Below are positions 1 to 9,749 of a DNA stretch of 64,000 bases, piece after piece (within the stretch, counting starts at the first letter, position 1; each line of letters starts with the position of its first letter). The stretch is taken from assembly GCA_017622505.1 (NCBI GenBank), contig JAGAQZ010000133.1, positions 8,920-72,919 of the forward strand, read 5' to 3'. The translations under genes and the position numbers were made by a program. This DNA comes from Lachnospiraceae bacterium (GTDB lineage Bacteria > Bacillota > Clostridia > Lachnospirales > Lachnospiraceae). Below the pieces are notes generated by a model that saw only the letters and a list, made by a program, of their open reading frames with translations, was not told the DNA's origin and did not search any database.

Positions 1-1
1 A

Positions 2-307
2 ATCTATGAGCCGCACCTTAATCTCTACATCATCGGACAACTTCACTTCAGCAGCTTCCTTCGGAATAAATTTCGGCTCCGTAGTTGTGATAGTCTTTCC
101 GCCACTGCTTTGCGGTAATTCATCCTGCGCGCGCATTCTTTCATTCGCATCGGTCATATTCGGAAGCACAAGCAAATCCATAAAACGCTTGATAAAAGTG
201 GACTTACCGGTCCTTACGGGCCCTACAACGCCAAGATAAATCTCTCCGTTGCAACGTTCCTGTATATCATGATAAAGATCAAATGTATCCGTATAATTTC
301 TGTCCAT
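2..307 (-). CDS. spoIVA: Stage IV sporulation protein A, 5' part (runs off the window edge)
   Basis: Manual minus-strand translation from ATG at 307: MDRNYTDTFDLYHDIQERCNGEIYLGVVGPVRTGKSTFIKRFMDLLVLPNM...DELPQSSGGKTITTTEPKFIP, with Walker A GPVRTGKST. SD AGGAGG upstream. Not in the ORF track because it is truncated. Confidence 0.97.
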   Translation of the reverse strand, partial: MDRNYTDTFDLYHDIQERCNGEIYLGVVGPVRTGKSTFIKRFMDLLVLPNMTDANERMRAQDELPQSSGGKTITTTEPKFIPKEAAEVKLSDDVEIKVRLID

Positions 308-333
308 AACAAACCTCCTGACTTATCTGTTAC

Positions 334-363
334 AATATATGTCAGGCTTTTGGGCGGTATGAC
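334..363 (-). promoter_or_regulatory. Sigma-E-type promoter of spoIVA
   Basis: Minus strand gTCATA-16 nt-CATATATT matches the sigma-E consensus (ATa-N16-18-cATAcanT); spoIVA is a known sigma-E gene. Confidence 0.75.
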
Positions 364-382
364 TTAATCATTTTCTTTTTTA

Positions 383-426
383 TATAAAAAATAACCGGTC
401 GCATAATGAACCGGTCATTTTTTATA
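383..426. terminator. Intrinsic terminator, probably bidirectional, downstream of 467..1990
   Basis: Inverted repeat tataaaaaat-aaccggt...accggt-cattttttata with A and T tails. Confidence 0.7.
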
Positions 427-466
427 TGTACCCTTTTACAAATTATAACGATATTTTCTCACACCA

Positions 467-1990
467 TTAATATAACTGTGCACTGCTTCCGTCTTCCAAC
501 TTCATATAAAATGCATGACTCGCATATTCTTCCTCACCGTTACCACTCATTTTTAACATGACGAACCCTTCTCCCACAGCCAAATATCGACAATATGTCT
601 CTTTCTCTTTTGTAATCGTGCCGATTGTTGTCTTATTATTGCCCTGTAAATCACAACAAATTACTTCATAAGCAGTATCATCTTTTACTTTTACATAATA
701 TAATTTATCATCGTATATGCTATGGCACATCACCTCATTATCAATTAACGTTTCTACATATTGACTATTGTGGTAATGAATCATTTCAAGATCTGTTGAT
801 TCTTTCCAGCCATTTCTTGCTGTCATACGATACGCATTCCCTTCATAGATTATAATCTCGTCATAAGAAAGCAGCCATGAAACAGACTTCATTACTTCCG
901 ATGAATCGTTGTACAAATATCTTGAAACAAATATATTATGACTTAAATTATAATAATCCACATCTTTATCATATAAAACACTGCTTTCGCCCAAATTCTC
1001 AGCCGTTAAATCAAAATAACGCACCTCGCATAGACCGTTTTCATCTTTGGGTGTTGTAAAGAATACCTTATTGTCAGCAACCCCAAACAAGAAATAGCTA
1101 TTACTCTCATATATAATTTCTTCGGTTCCGGACTCCAATGAAATTCTCAAAAGTTGATTCTTAGCTTCATTCAAGCCTCCCACACTGACATACAGATATC
1201 CACCTTCATAAAAAATTCCTCTGTTTAGTGTTTCATCTTTTATTCCCCAGAATTCTTCCGCATTACCGTCCTTATCTACCGTTTTAATATTATAAGAATC
1301 TACACCATCCATATAATAAATCTTATTTTCAGCATATACACTCAAACCGGTATAGTAATTGCCAATCTGCACTTCCGTTTCTTCTTCAATCGAATCAGGC
1401 TGTGAAGAAATCACACTTCTTAATTCTTTGGCATATTTGAAATCTTCTTTTACATTTTGCAAGGTCGGAATCATAATGATACAACTACAAACCGCCAAAA
1501 TACCGACAGCAATCAGTATATCCCACAGTTTCTTACGCCCTTTGATTAATTCAGGAGTTCCTAAATAAATAACAAGACCTCCCGTAATCAGAAGAACTGT
1601 TGCAATTGCTAAAGCCCATATTCCGCTCTCAATGCGGCAATTTCCCAAAATCATATTAGTAAGCATAAAAACAAGAAATGTTAAAATATTCGTCACTACA
1701 CCGGCAAACAAGAAACGATAAGCCCCTAAATAGTTACGACAGTTACGAAGAATCATTGAAATAACAGTCAGCACAATCGCGATGACAAAACACCAAAATG
1801 CAAACGAAGAAGACACCGCTAAAATCTGTTCAGCCAAATGACTAAAAAGCGTCCGGTGCAAATAGTTATCGATATATGAATCCTTTATAATAAAAACCGC
1901 AAGATTATTTTTATATAATAAAATTCCGGTAATAACCACTATTACAATATTAGCAATACCCGTTCCATAATATAATTGCTTCTCTTTCAT
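467..1990 (-). CDS. Membrane protein with N-terminal TM helices and a C-terminal extracytoplasmic beta-propeller-like (DUF5050-like) domain
   Basis: About 5 hydrophobic segments, then repeated aromatic beta-strand units (KIYY, YLYVS, KVFF, KLYYV). Start moved to ATG 1990, which has SD GAAAGGTGA. Confidence 0.7.
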   Translation of the reverse strand: MKEKQLYYGTGIANIVIVVITGILLYKNNLAVFIIKDSYIDNYLHRTLFSHLAEQILAVSSSFAFWCFVIAIVLTVISMILRNCRNYLGAYRFLFAGVVTNILTFLVFMLTNMILGNCRIESGIWALAIATVLLITGGLVIYLGTPELIKGRKKLWDILIAVGILAVCSCIIMIPTLQNVKEDFKYAKELRSVISSQPDSIEEETEVQIGNYYTGLSVYAENKIYYMDGVDSYNIKTVDKDGNAEEFWGIKDETLNRGIFYEGGYLYVSVGGLNEAKNQLLRISLESGTEEIIYESNSYFLFGVADNKVFFTTPKDENGLCEVRYFDLTAENLGESSVLYDKDVDYYNLSHNIFVSRYLYNDSSEVMKSVSWLLSYDEIIIYEGNAYRMTARNGWKESTDLEMIHYHNSQYVETLIDNEVMCHSIYDDKLYYVKVKDDTAYEVICCDLQGNNKTTIGTITKEKETYCRYLAVGEGFVMLKMSGNGEEEYASHAFYMKLEDGSSAQLY

Positions 1991-2022
1991 TCGTTTCACC
2001 TTTCTATCTATATAAAGCATTA

Positions 2023-2069
2023 AGTATTAGTATATTACTAATACTATATTATTAAGCATAATCTGTCAA
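2023..2069 (-). promoter_or_regulatory. Sigma-A promoter overlapped by a perfect palindromic operator
   Basis: TTGACA (2069-2064)-17 nt-TAGTAT (2046-2041); palindrome AGTATTAGTA-tat-TACTAATACT at 2023-2045. Confidence 0.7.
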
Positions 2070-2099
2070 TAGCATATTACATATTTATACAATAAAAAA

Positions 2100-2124
2100 G
2101 CGATGCTAATTATCTTAGCACCGC
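2100..2124 (-). terminator. Intrinsic terminator after the HAD hydrolase gene
   Basis: Minus strand GCGGUGCUAA-gauaa-UUAGCAUCGC-UUUUUU. Confidence 0.8.
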
Positions 2125-2163
2125 CTCATTATATTATTAAATTATAATTTATACAGTTCTGCT

Positions 2164-2859
2164 CTACATCGGCTTTTCATACAAAACATCATACAATTCC
2201 TTCAAATTATGAATCGTATAAGTCGGCACTATCTCACCATACTCCGGTGTTTCCGGCACAATATGACAGGTATCGATACCAAAATCATATCCGCCCTTAA
2301 TATCGGACGTCATGGAATCACCCACAATAATCATACTGCTTTTATCCGGACAACCAAGTTGCTCATACACATATTGGAAGAATTCGTGACTGGGCTTGTT
2401 AAAACCTATATCCTCCGATACAAAGACATTCTGGAAGAAAGGTAACAACGTACTGTCCTGCAAACGCTGATGCTGTACTGCCGCTGTTCCGTTGGTTACA
2501 AGGCTCAACCGAAAATGTCTTCCCAACCTTGCACAAACTTCATAAGCGTCCGGCATCAAATCGTGGCCTTTGGCAAGTTCGCTCTGATAAAACATCTCCA
2601 TGGAATCATCTCCCGGATGCTCCACACCAAAATGCTCGCACATTATTTTAAAACGACAGTCAATCAACTCAGGTTTGGTAATTTCCTTACGCTCAAGTTT
2701 CTTCCACAGGCTGTCATTTAACTGATCATAAAATGCAATACTTTCCTCATTTACAGGAAAACCATACTTCTCATAAGTTGTAATCAAAGCATTTCTTTGG
2801 GCCGCCTTAAAATCAATCAAGGTCATATCCGCATCCAGTAAAACGTGTAAATATTTCAT
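2164..2859 (-). CDS. HAD-family hydrolase, YjjG-like noncanonical pyrimidine nucleotidase
   Basis: Motif I LLDADMTL, motif II VTNG, KP, and motif IV GDSMTSD. Start moved to ATG 2859 (SD AGGAGA). Confidence 0.85.
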   Translation of the reverse strand: MKYLHVLLDADMTLIDFKAAQRNALITTYEKYGFPVNEESIAFYDQLNDSLWKKLERKEITKPELIDCRFKIMCEHFGVEHPGDDSMEMFYQSELAKGHDLMPDAYEVCARLGRHFRLSLVTNGTAAVQHQRLQDSTLLPFFQNVFVSEDIGFNKPSHEFFQYVYEQLGCPDKSSMIIVGDSMTSDIKGGYDFGIDTCHIVPETPEYGEIVPTYTIHNLKELYDVLYEKPM

Positions 2860-2924
2860 CTGTTTTCTCCTTAATAAACGTATAGTGCAATCTGAAAGAC
2901 TGCACCATATCAATATCTTTTATA

Positions 2925-3176
2925 TTATCGTTTCTCTGGTTCCTCTTCATCAAATTCGATTTGAAGAAAATATCCTCTCGGCGTATCCAAAATATCCCGT
3001 ACAATGCCTTCGCGACTCTTCAAACGCTCATAATATGCGTAATTTCCGGACATTGCAATGGCAGGCTCTGCCGTATAATAATAGCTGGAAGGCAAAACAC
3101 CCTCGGTTACCTTAACCGTATCACCGATGGATACCAGATTCTCCCGCTCCATTTTAAATTCCATTGTACGCATCAT
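2925..3176 (-). CDS. Small hypothetical protein (83 aa)
   Basis: Strong SD AAGGAGG, extended -10 TGaTATAAT upstream, same orientation as its neighbours. No recognisable family. Confidence 0.7.
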   Translation of the reverse strand: MMRTMEFKMERENLVSIGDTVKVTEGVLPSSYYYTAEPAIAMSGNYAYYERLKSREGIVRDILDTPRGYFLQIEFDEEEPEKR

Positions 3177-3272
3177 TAAATCCTCCTTCTTTTTTATAAA
3201 AGGATTATATCATCAAAGCATTTTACAATAAAGTCAACTTTAGTTACATAGGTCAACTTTCAAATTATAGAA

Positions 3273-4283
3273 TTACTTCCACACGCCATCCATAATTTCA
3301 ATCTTTTTATCACGAAGCATAAGCTCTTTCACGGCCTGATCAGCAGGCTGTCCGTCAAAAAGAATTGCATTAACCTGCTCTACAATAGGCATATCCACTT
3401 CAAACTTCTTGGCAAGCGCCATTGCTGCCTTAGCAGAATGAACACCTTCTACGACCATTTTAACTTCAGCCATTGCAGCTTCCATAGTATAACCCTGACC
3501 GATTAACATACCTGCTTTACGGTTTCTTGAATGCTGGCTCGCACAAGTCACTATCAAATCACCTACGCCTGATAATCCATAAAAGGTTTCAAACTTACCA
3601 CCCATTGTCATACCAAGTCTGGCAATTTCATTGATACCTCTGGTAATTAACGCAGCCTTGGTATTGTCTCCATAGCCTAAACCGTCCGCAATACCTGCAG
3701 CCAATGCAACTACGTTCTTTAATGCCGCACCGATTTCAATTCCAAGCACATCGGGGCTTGTATACACACGAAAGACTTCGCTCATAAACAAATTCTGTAT
3801 AAACTCTGCTGTTTCTTTACTCTTCGCACCTACAACAATCGTTGTGGGAATCTGACGACCTACTTCTTCCGCATGGGAAGGACCTGATAAAACAGCTACA
3901 TCAGCATTAGGAAGTTCATCTTCAATAACACCGGATAAGGTAGTCAGCGTCTTCTCTTCAATACCCTTGGCTACATTCACAACAACCTGTCCTTTGCGTA
4001 TGAACTCGCGCATTCTTGCCGCAGTACTTCTTACAAAAGGCGAAGGAACAGCAAGTACAAGCATATCCTTATCTTTCATTGCTTCTTCCAAATCCACTGT
4101 AAAAATCATATCATCCGGAAGTGCTACACCGGGCAATTTGTCCTTGTGCTCTCTTTCCGTCTGAAGCATTGTGATTTCATCTTCCAATGCAGACCAAACC
4201 GTAACTTCATTTCCATTGTTATATAATAACTTCGCCAGTGCAATTCCCCAACTTCCGGCACCGATCATACCGACTTTTGCCAT
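3273..4283 (-). CDS. gpsA: NAD(P)H-dependent glycerol-3-phosphate dehydrogenase
   Basis: GAGSWG Rossmann motif, LSGPSHAEEV, GAALKNV, GDLIVTC..SRN; synteny with der and plsY. Confidence 0.97.
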   Translation of the reverse strand: MAKVGMIGAGSWGIALAKLLYNNGNEVTVWSALEDEITMLQTEREHKDKLPGVALPDDMIFTVDLEEAMKDKDMLVLAVPSPFVRSTAARMREFIRKGQVVVNVAKGIEEKTLTTLSGVIEDELPNADVAVLSGPSHAEEVGRQIPTTIVVGAKSKETAEFIQNLFMSEVFRVYTSPDVLGIEIGAALKNVVALAAGIADGLGYGDNTKAALITRGINEIARLGMTMGGKFETFYGLSGVGDLIVTCASQHSRNRKAGMLIGQGYTMEAAMAEVKMVVEGVHSAKAAMALAKKFEVDMPIVEQVNAILFDGQPADQAVKELMLRDKKIEIMDGVWK

Positions 4284-4326
4284 TTCTTTTTCCTCGCTTA
4301 TTATTTTAAATAAAAAAATTTACTGT

Positions 4327-5319
4327 TTAATTGTCTTCTTCCGAATTATCAGACAAATCTTCCACATCACTGTCAGAAGAATCCTCGTCCGAATCATCAT
4401 TATCAGTAATCTTTTCTTTTACTTCTTCAACAAATTCTTCAGCCTCTTCTTTGATTTCCTCAACAGCTTCCTGAATTTCTTCTTCGATTTCTTCAATAAC
4501 TTCTTCTACAATATTATCCTCATTGTCAGTCTTGTTATCTTTTTTCTGCGGTTCAATAACAGTAACTTTTTCTGTTTTCTCTTCTTCACCGTAAACAGCT
4601 GCAAGTTCTTCCACAGTTTCCTCGACTTTTTCTTCAGTTTCTTTCGCAAGCTCGCCGAGTTCTCCGTCTTTCTTGGTCTTTTTAAGGATCGTCTGACGTT
4701 CTTCACCTTTAATCAAACGCTTGATATTCTCTCTGTGCTGGAATAATGCAAGTGCTGTTAAAAGTGCCGCCACTATGTACATTTCAATCAGCGCAGGCTG
4801 GCTCATTCCAAGCAATCCTCCCTGGCCAAAAATCAACAACTGTGCCATAAATCCCAAATACAGGAAAATGGACGCCAACGATACGTAATGTGTCATAAAA
4901 AAGATTCCAAAGAAAATAACCACAGAAGCAGGAATAATGCCCCAGTAGAAAGATAAAATCATCGCACCCGAACATGCAATTCCCTTACCGCCCTTAAACT
5001 TCATATAAAACGGATAATCGTGTCCGAGAATAACACCGGCACCGGTATAAATTCTCAAAAGATAATCCATATCAGGGAAAAACCAGTGAAAAATCAACCA
5101 GGTTAAAAGAATCGCAAGGAATGTTTTCAACATATCACCTGCCAAAACAATGGCACCTGCTTTTCTTCCCATTACTCTTAATGTATTTGTGGTTCCGGCG
5201 TTACCGCTTCCGTGCTCACGGACATCAATTCCTTTTGCCTTACCATAAAGGTATGATGTCGAAATTGAACCTAAACCATAACCAATCAGCAAACATAAAA
5301 CTCTTGCTAAAATTGCCAT
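4327..5319 (-). CDS. plsY: Glycerol-3-phosphate acyltransferase PlsY with a long acidic C-terminal tail
   Basis: GSGNAGTTN, GHDYP, FKGGKGIA and HRENIKRL motifs; der-plsY-gpsA synteny. Confidence 0.95.
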   Translation of the reverse strand: MAILARVLCLLIGYGLGSISTSYLYGKAKGIDVREHGSGNAGTTNTLRVMGRKAGAIVLAGDMLKTFLAILLTWLIFHWFFPDMDYLLRIYTGAGVILGHDYPFYMKFKGGKGIACSGAMILSFYWGIIPASVVIFFGIFFMTHYVSLASIFLYLGFMAQLLIFGQGGLLGMSQPALIEMYIVAALLTALALFQHRENIKRLIKGEERQTILKKTKKDGELGELAKETEEKVEETVEELAAVYGEEEKTEKVTVIEPQKKDNKTDNEDNIVEEVIEEIEEEIQEAVEEIKEEAEEFVEEVKEKITDNDDSDEDSSDSDVEDLSDNSEEDN

Positions 5320-6656
5320 TATGAATCTTCCTTCCTTTCCCTAATAATGAAATGCAAAGGTGTACCCCTGAAACCGAATGCATCACGAATTCTGTTTTCA
5401 ATATATCTGGTATATGAAAAATGCATTAATTCCTTGTCATTTACAAAGATTACAAAAGTAGGCGGTTTGACCGAAACCTGCGTAATATAAAACAGCTTCA
5501 ATCTTTTACCCTTATCTGTAGGAGGCTGTTGCATTGCAACCGCTTCCATCATAATTTCGTTCAATACACCGGTTGCCACACGCAAAGCATGATTTTCCAT
5601 AACCAAATCGATGGTTTCGTATAACTTAGGCAAACGCTGTCCGGTCTTTGCAGAAATAAACATAATCTCCGCATAAGGCATAAATGCCAGCATATCACGG
5701 ATTTCTGCAGTAAATTTATTGGTGGTTTTATCATCCTTCTCGATGGCATCCCACTTATTCACCGCAATAATAATACCTTTGCCGCGTTCATGGGCAATCC
5801 CCGCAATCTTAGTATCCTGATCCGTCACGCCTTCTGTCGCATCAATTACAAGAACAACCACATCTGCACGTTCTACCGCACCAACGGTACGTACAATCAT
5901 AAAATGTTCCAGTTCTTCTTTGATTTTATTCTTACGACGGACACCCGCAGTATCAATCAAAACATATTCCTTACCGTTATAAGTAACTTCCGTATCTACC
6001 GCATCTCTTGTGGTTCCTGCGATGTCCGAAACAATCACACGGTTTTCACCCACAAGCTTGTTAATAATCGAAGACTTACCTACATTAGGCTTACCAACGA
6101 TGGCAATCTTAGGTCTTTCATCCTCTTCCTCGGTAAAAGCGTCTTCCGGAATGTATTCCAGAACTTTATCAAGCATATCGCCGATACCAAGTCTGTTTGC
6201 AGCAGAAATAGGAATCGGGTCACCAATTCCGAGATTATAAAATTCATATACATCTGCCATATACTTATCAAAGCTGTCAACCTTATTTACCACCAAAAGT
6301 ACGGGTTTTTGGCTGCGGCGAAGCATATCTGCCACCTTAGCATCCGCATCCACAAGTCCCTGCTTTACATCTACAAGGAAAAGAATTACATCCGCTGTCA
6401 TAATGGCAATTTCCGCCTGTTCGCGCATTTGGGATAAAATAATATCCTTGCTGTCAGGCTCAATACCGCCGGTATCAATCAATGTTAAGCTTTTATCCAA
6501 CCACGTAATATCCGCATAGATACGGTCACGTGTAATGCCGGGAGTATCTTTTACAATGGAAATTCTCTCCCCCGCAAGCACATTAAACAGAGTAGACTTA
6601 CCGACATTCGGGCGTCCAACCACCGCAACTATGGGTTTCTTTTTCTTCTTAGCCAT
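5319..6656 (-). CDS. der: Ribosome biogenesis GTPase Der (EngA)
   Basis: Two G domains (GRPNVGKS/DTGG and GKPNVGKS/DTAG) plus a KH-like C-terminus. Start ATG 6656. Confidence 0.98.
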   Translation of the reverse strand: MAKKKKKPIVAVVGRPNVGKSTLFNVLAGERISIVKDTPGITRDRIYADITWLDKSLTLIDTGGIEPDSKDIILSQMREQAEIAIMTADVILFLVDVKQGLVDADAKVADMLRRSQKPVLLVVNKVDSFDKYMADVYEFYNLGIGDPIPISAANRLGIGDMLDKVLEYIPEDAFTEEEDERPKIAIVGKPNVGKSSIINKLVGENRVIVSDIAGTTRDAVDTEVTYNGKEYVLIDTAGVRRKNKIKEELEHFMIVRTVGAVERADVVVLVIDATEGVTDQDTKIAGIAHERGKGIIIAVNKWDAIEKDDKTTNKFTAEIRDMLAFMPYAEIMFISAKTGQRLPKLYETIDLVMENHALRVATGVLNEIMMEAVAMQQPPTDKGKRLKLFYITQVSVKPPTFVIFVNDKELMHFSYTRYIENRIRDAFGFRGTPLHFIIRERKEDS

Positions 6657-6731
6657 ACTAACCTTTCTTTCCATATTTCATTGCCTTAAACTACCGGCAA
6701 TGAAATCACACAACTTTATATAAAATACAAT

Positions 6732-8138
6732 TTATTCGCACTCTAAACCAAGCACTTTAAATAAAAATGCCTGACCGCTTGATTTTACAATATCTGTTTT
6801 TACTTGTAAAGCATTTTCCACCGCAGAAATCGTTACATCATCCAGAAAAACGTCCTCGTTGCACTTTAACATATTCTCAGGCAACAATAAAACTTCTCCA
6901 AGCTCTGTTCCCTGCAACTGCGCAATCAAGTCACCGCCGGTAATCAATCCGGATACCGTAATCTGTTCTCCGAAGAAATCATTACGAATCGCGCGGCAAT
7001 TTACCTGAATCTGCGGGAATTCGTTCATAATTTTTTCGGACAATCTTATAAGCATATCATAAGCTGATTTGCCTGTTGCAACGGTTACAGTACGCTTATT
7101 ATACAAAGGTTGTCCGTTCTCAGCTTTCGATTCATCGAAATTTGCAGGATAAAGTATCTTTGCCAATGTAGGATCTTCCTTGACATCTTCCTTCAGGTAA
7201 TCCAGGGCCTCATCAAATTCATCTTCAAACAAACGCAACATACCCACGCCGTTTTCAAGCTGTAAATAACCATCGTAATTGTCTTCCGTAGGAAGTTCCT
7301 CTTCCGCCAGCAAATACCACTCATCGGAAGCATGTACAAAATGCGTGCCAAAGGCAGCAATACAATGCGCCTGAAATCCGTGAATCTGCGCAAGCACTCT
7401 CTTGGCATCTTCCTTGGTAAAAGGCTCAAGGGGATACAATCCGTCGCGGTATTTCGACAAACCAACCGGCACCACCGAAACACTTTCCAATACCGGAATA
7501 TATTTCATCAGCTGTTCAATGGAATAGTCCAATTCTTTCCCGTCGTTTACATTTTTACAAAGAACAATCTGACCGTTCATTGCAATTCCTGCTTCAAACA
7601 GGCGATCTGCTTTCTTTAATGCATCGCCCGCGAAACGATTATTCAGCATTTTACAACGAAGTTCGGGATTCATGGTCTGAAACGAAATATTAATCGGCTC
7701 CAAATGATATCGGATGATGCGGTCTAAATCCTGCTCCGACATATTGGTCAAAGTAACATAATTTCCCTGCAGAAATGACAATCTTGCATCATCATCCTTA
7801 AAATACAGGGTTTCACGCATCCCCGGCGGCATCTGGTCAATAAAGCAAAAAATACACTTATTTGAACAGGAACGGTATTCATCCATAAAAGGATTCTCAA
7901 ACTCAACGCCTAAATCTTCATCGAAATCTTTCTCAATTTCGACTTCCACTTCTTCGCCCTGTTTACTTAACACAGTAATAACAAGCTCTTCATCCGCCAT
8001 CATATAACGGTAGTCCAAGCTGTCCAGTACTTCTTCGCCATTTATTTTTATAATTGCGTCTCCCGGTTCCATTCCGCATTCTTCCGCAATGCTCCCCGGC
8101 AAAACCTCTTTGATTACATGTAAATTCTTTTTCTTCAT
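6732..8138 (-). CDS. DUF512 family radical-SAM-like protein with an N-terminal PDZ-like domain
   Basis: CSNKCIFC (CxxxCxxC), FKDDDARLSFL and QLENGVG motifs; usual neighbour of der in clostridia. Confidence 0.9.
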   Translation of the reverse strand: MKKKNLHVIKEVLPGSIAEECGMEPGDAIIKINGEEVLDSLDYRYMMADEELVITVLSKQGEEVEVEIEKDFDEDLGVEFENPFMDEYRSCSNKCIFCFIDQMPPGMRETLYFKDDDARLSFLQGNYVTLTNMSEQDLDRIIRYHLEPINISFQTMNPELRCKMLNNRFAGDALKKADRLFEAGIAMNGQIVLCKNVNDGKELDYSIEQLMKYIPVLESVSVVPVGLSKYRDGLYPLEPFTKEDAKRVLAQIHGFQAHCIAAFGTHFVHASDEWYLLAEEELPTEDNYDGYLQLENGVGMLRLFEDEFDEALDYLKEDVKEDPTLAKILYPANFDESKAENGQPLYNKRTVTVATGKSAYDMLIRLSEKIMNEFPQIQVNCRAIRNDFFGEQITVSGLITGGDLIAQLQGTELGEVLLLPENMLKCNEDVFLDDVTISAVENALQVKTDIVKSSGQAFLFKVLGLECE

Positions 8139-8283
8139 TTCTCTGTTTCCATCAACTGTGCCGTATTGTTCAATTATCTTTTATATAATAAACATACGCT
8201 AACAAGTCTTTTAAGCACAAAACTCACTTATTATATAATACACCACTCCTACAACTTTCACAAGCAAAGATTGCAAGCTTTTC

Positions 8284-8312
8284 TTGACGTAAATTGTCAG
8301 CAATGATATAAA
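8284..8312 (+). promoter_or_regulatory. Sigma-A promoter of prs
   Basis: TTGACG-17 nt-TATAAA with a TG extension. Confidence 0.6.
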
Positions 8313-8400
8313 AGAAGTAACGCTTTTATGGCAATATACTCTCTTACAATCGTCATAAAAACATATGTGTACATACTATTAGAGAAAGGATTTCATATAT

Positions 8401-9591
8401 ATGCCTAATTTAATTGAACTTGAAAACGCCATGCCGGTGGCCCCGTTGAAAATTATTGCTTTACCAGGCGCAAAACAGCTTGGCGAGCGAATCAACGAAT
8501 ATCTCGTAGCTTTCCGCAAGGAAATCAATAACGTACATAAAAATGACCCTGCTTTTCAGGGTTACATCGAAGACAATTACCTTGTAAAATATAACACTCC
8601 CCGCTTTGGCAGCGGCGAAGGCAAAGGAGAACTATTAGAATCCATTCGCGGTAAGGACCTCTATCTTTTGGTTGACGTATGTAACCACAGCCTTACTTAC
8701 AGAATGCACGGCTATGTAAATCATATGTCTCCCGATGATCATTACCAGGATTTAAAGCGTATTATTGCAGCCGCAACCGGTAAGGCACACCGTATTAACG
8801 TTATTATGCCCTTTATGTATGAAGGCAGACAACATAAAAGAAGCGGCCGTGAGTCCTTGGACTGCGCTTATGCATTGGAAGAATTAAGTGAAATGGGTGT
8901 AAGCAATTTCATTACCTTTGACGCCCACGACCCCAGAGTACAGAATGCTACTCCCCTCTGCGGTTTTGATAATTTCACACCGAATTATCAGTTTGCAAGA
9001 ACCTTGTTGAACAATGAAGATGATTTGATTATCGATAAAAATCATACCGTTGTAATCAGTCCTGATGAAGGTGCTTTGGACCGTGCAATCTACTTTGCTA
9101 CCGTTCTTGGTGTAGACACCGGTATGTTCTATAAGCGTCGTGATTATACCCGCATTGTAAACGGCAAGAATCCTATTGTTGCCCATGAGTTCTTAGGTGA
9201 TAACATCGATGGTAAGGACGTAATCATTATTGACGATATGATTTCTTCCGGCGACAGTATGTTGGATACCTCACGCCAGTTAAAAGAAATGAATGCAAGA
9301 CGCGTATTTATCTGCTGTACTTTTGGTTTGTTCACAAACGGTTTGGAAGCTTTTGATAAGGCTTATGAAAAGGGATATTTCGATAAGGTTATCACTACCA
9401 ACCTTACTTATACCCTTCCCGAACTTTTACAGCGTCCTTACTATTTACAGGCTGATATGAGTAAGTTTACCGCTTCCATCATTGATTTTATGAATCACGA
9501 TACTTCACTGACTCATACTTTAACTCCTACGGATAAAATTCATGAAATCGTGAAGATGTACAATGCAAGAAAAGTGGATATTGAATTCTAA
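8401..9591 (+). CDS. prs: Ribose-phosphate pyrophosphokinase (long clostridial form)
   Basis: RFGSGE, YEGRQHKR, FDAHDP, SPDEGA and IIDDMISSGDS motifs. Confidence 0.95.
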   Translation: MPNLIELENAMPVAPLKIIALPGAKQLGERINEYLVAFRKEINNVHKNDPAFQGYIEDNYLVKYNTPRFGSGEGKGELLESIRGKDLYLLVDVCNHSLTYRMHGYVNHMSPDDHYQDLKRIIAAATGKAHRINVIMPFMYEGRQHKRSGRESLDCAYALEELSEMGVSNFITFDAHDPRVQNATPLCGFDNFTPNYQFARTLLNNEDDLIIDKNHTVVISPDEGALDRAIYFATVLGVDTGMFYKRRDYTRIVNGKNPIVAHEFLGDNIDGKDVIIIDDMISSGDSMLDTSRQLKEMNARRVFICCTFGLFTNGLEAFDKAYEKGYFDKVITTNLTYTLPELLQRPYYLQADMSKFTASIIDFMNHDTSLTHTLTPTDKIHEIVKMYNARKVDIEF

Positions 9592-9616
9592 ATTTTATAG
9601 TTATTGCTTAAAGATA

Positions 9617-9650
9617 AAAGCCCTTGATTTCAAACGAAATCAGGGGCTTT
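9617..9650. terminator. Bidirectional intrinsic terminator between prs and the DUF3169 gene
   Basis: aaagcccttgattt-caaacg-aaatcaggggcttt. Confidence 0.85.
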
Positions 9651-9749
9651 CTGTTATGTGTAGTTATGTATAACTGCTCTTATTTAAGAATTTGTATTTT
9701 ATAACTTATATTATTACTTTACGTTCCGGCTTTTGCATTTAGTTTTAGA

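Noticed and set aside
6-239. Plus-strand 77-aa ORF
   Set aside because: It is the antisense shadow of spoIVA. The same applies to the many other short opposite-strand ORFs in the track that overlap recognisable genes.
316-346. cctgac...gtcagg inverted repeat that could occlude the spoIVA SD
   Set aside because: One arm lies upstream of the predicted sigma-E -10, so it would not be in the transcript.
4171-4746. 191-aa hydrophobic F-rich plus-strand ORF that looks like a membrane protein
   Set aside because: It is the reverse complement of the GAA-rich acidic PlsY tail; a compositional artefact.
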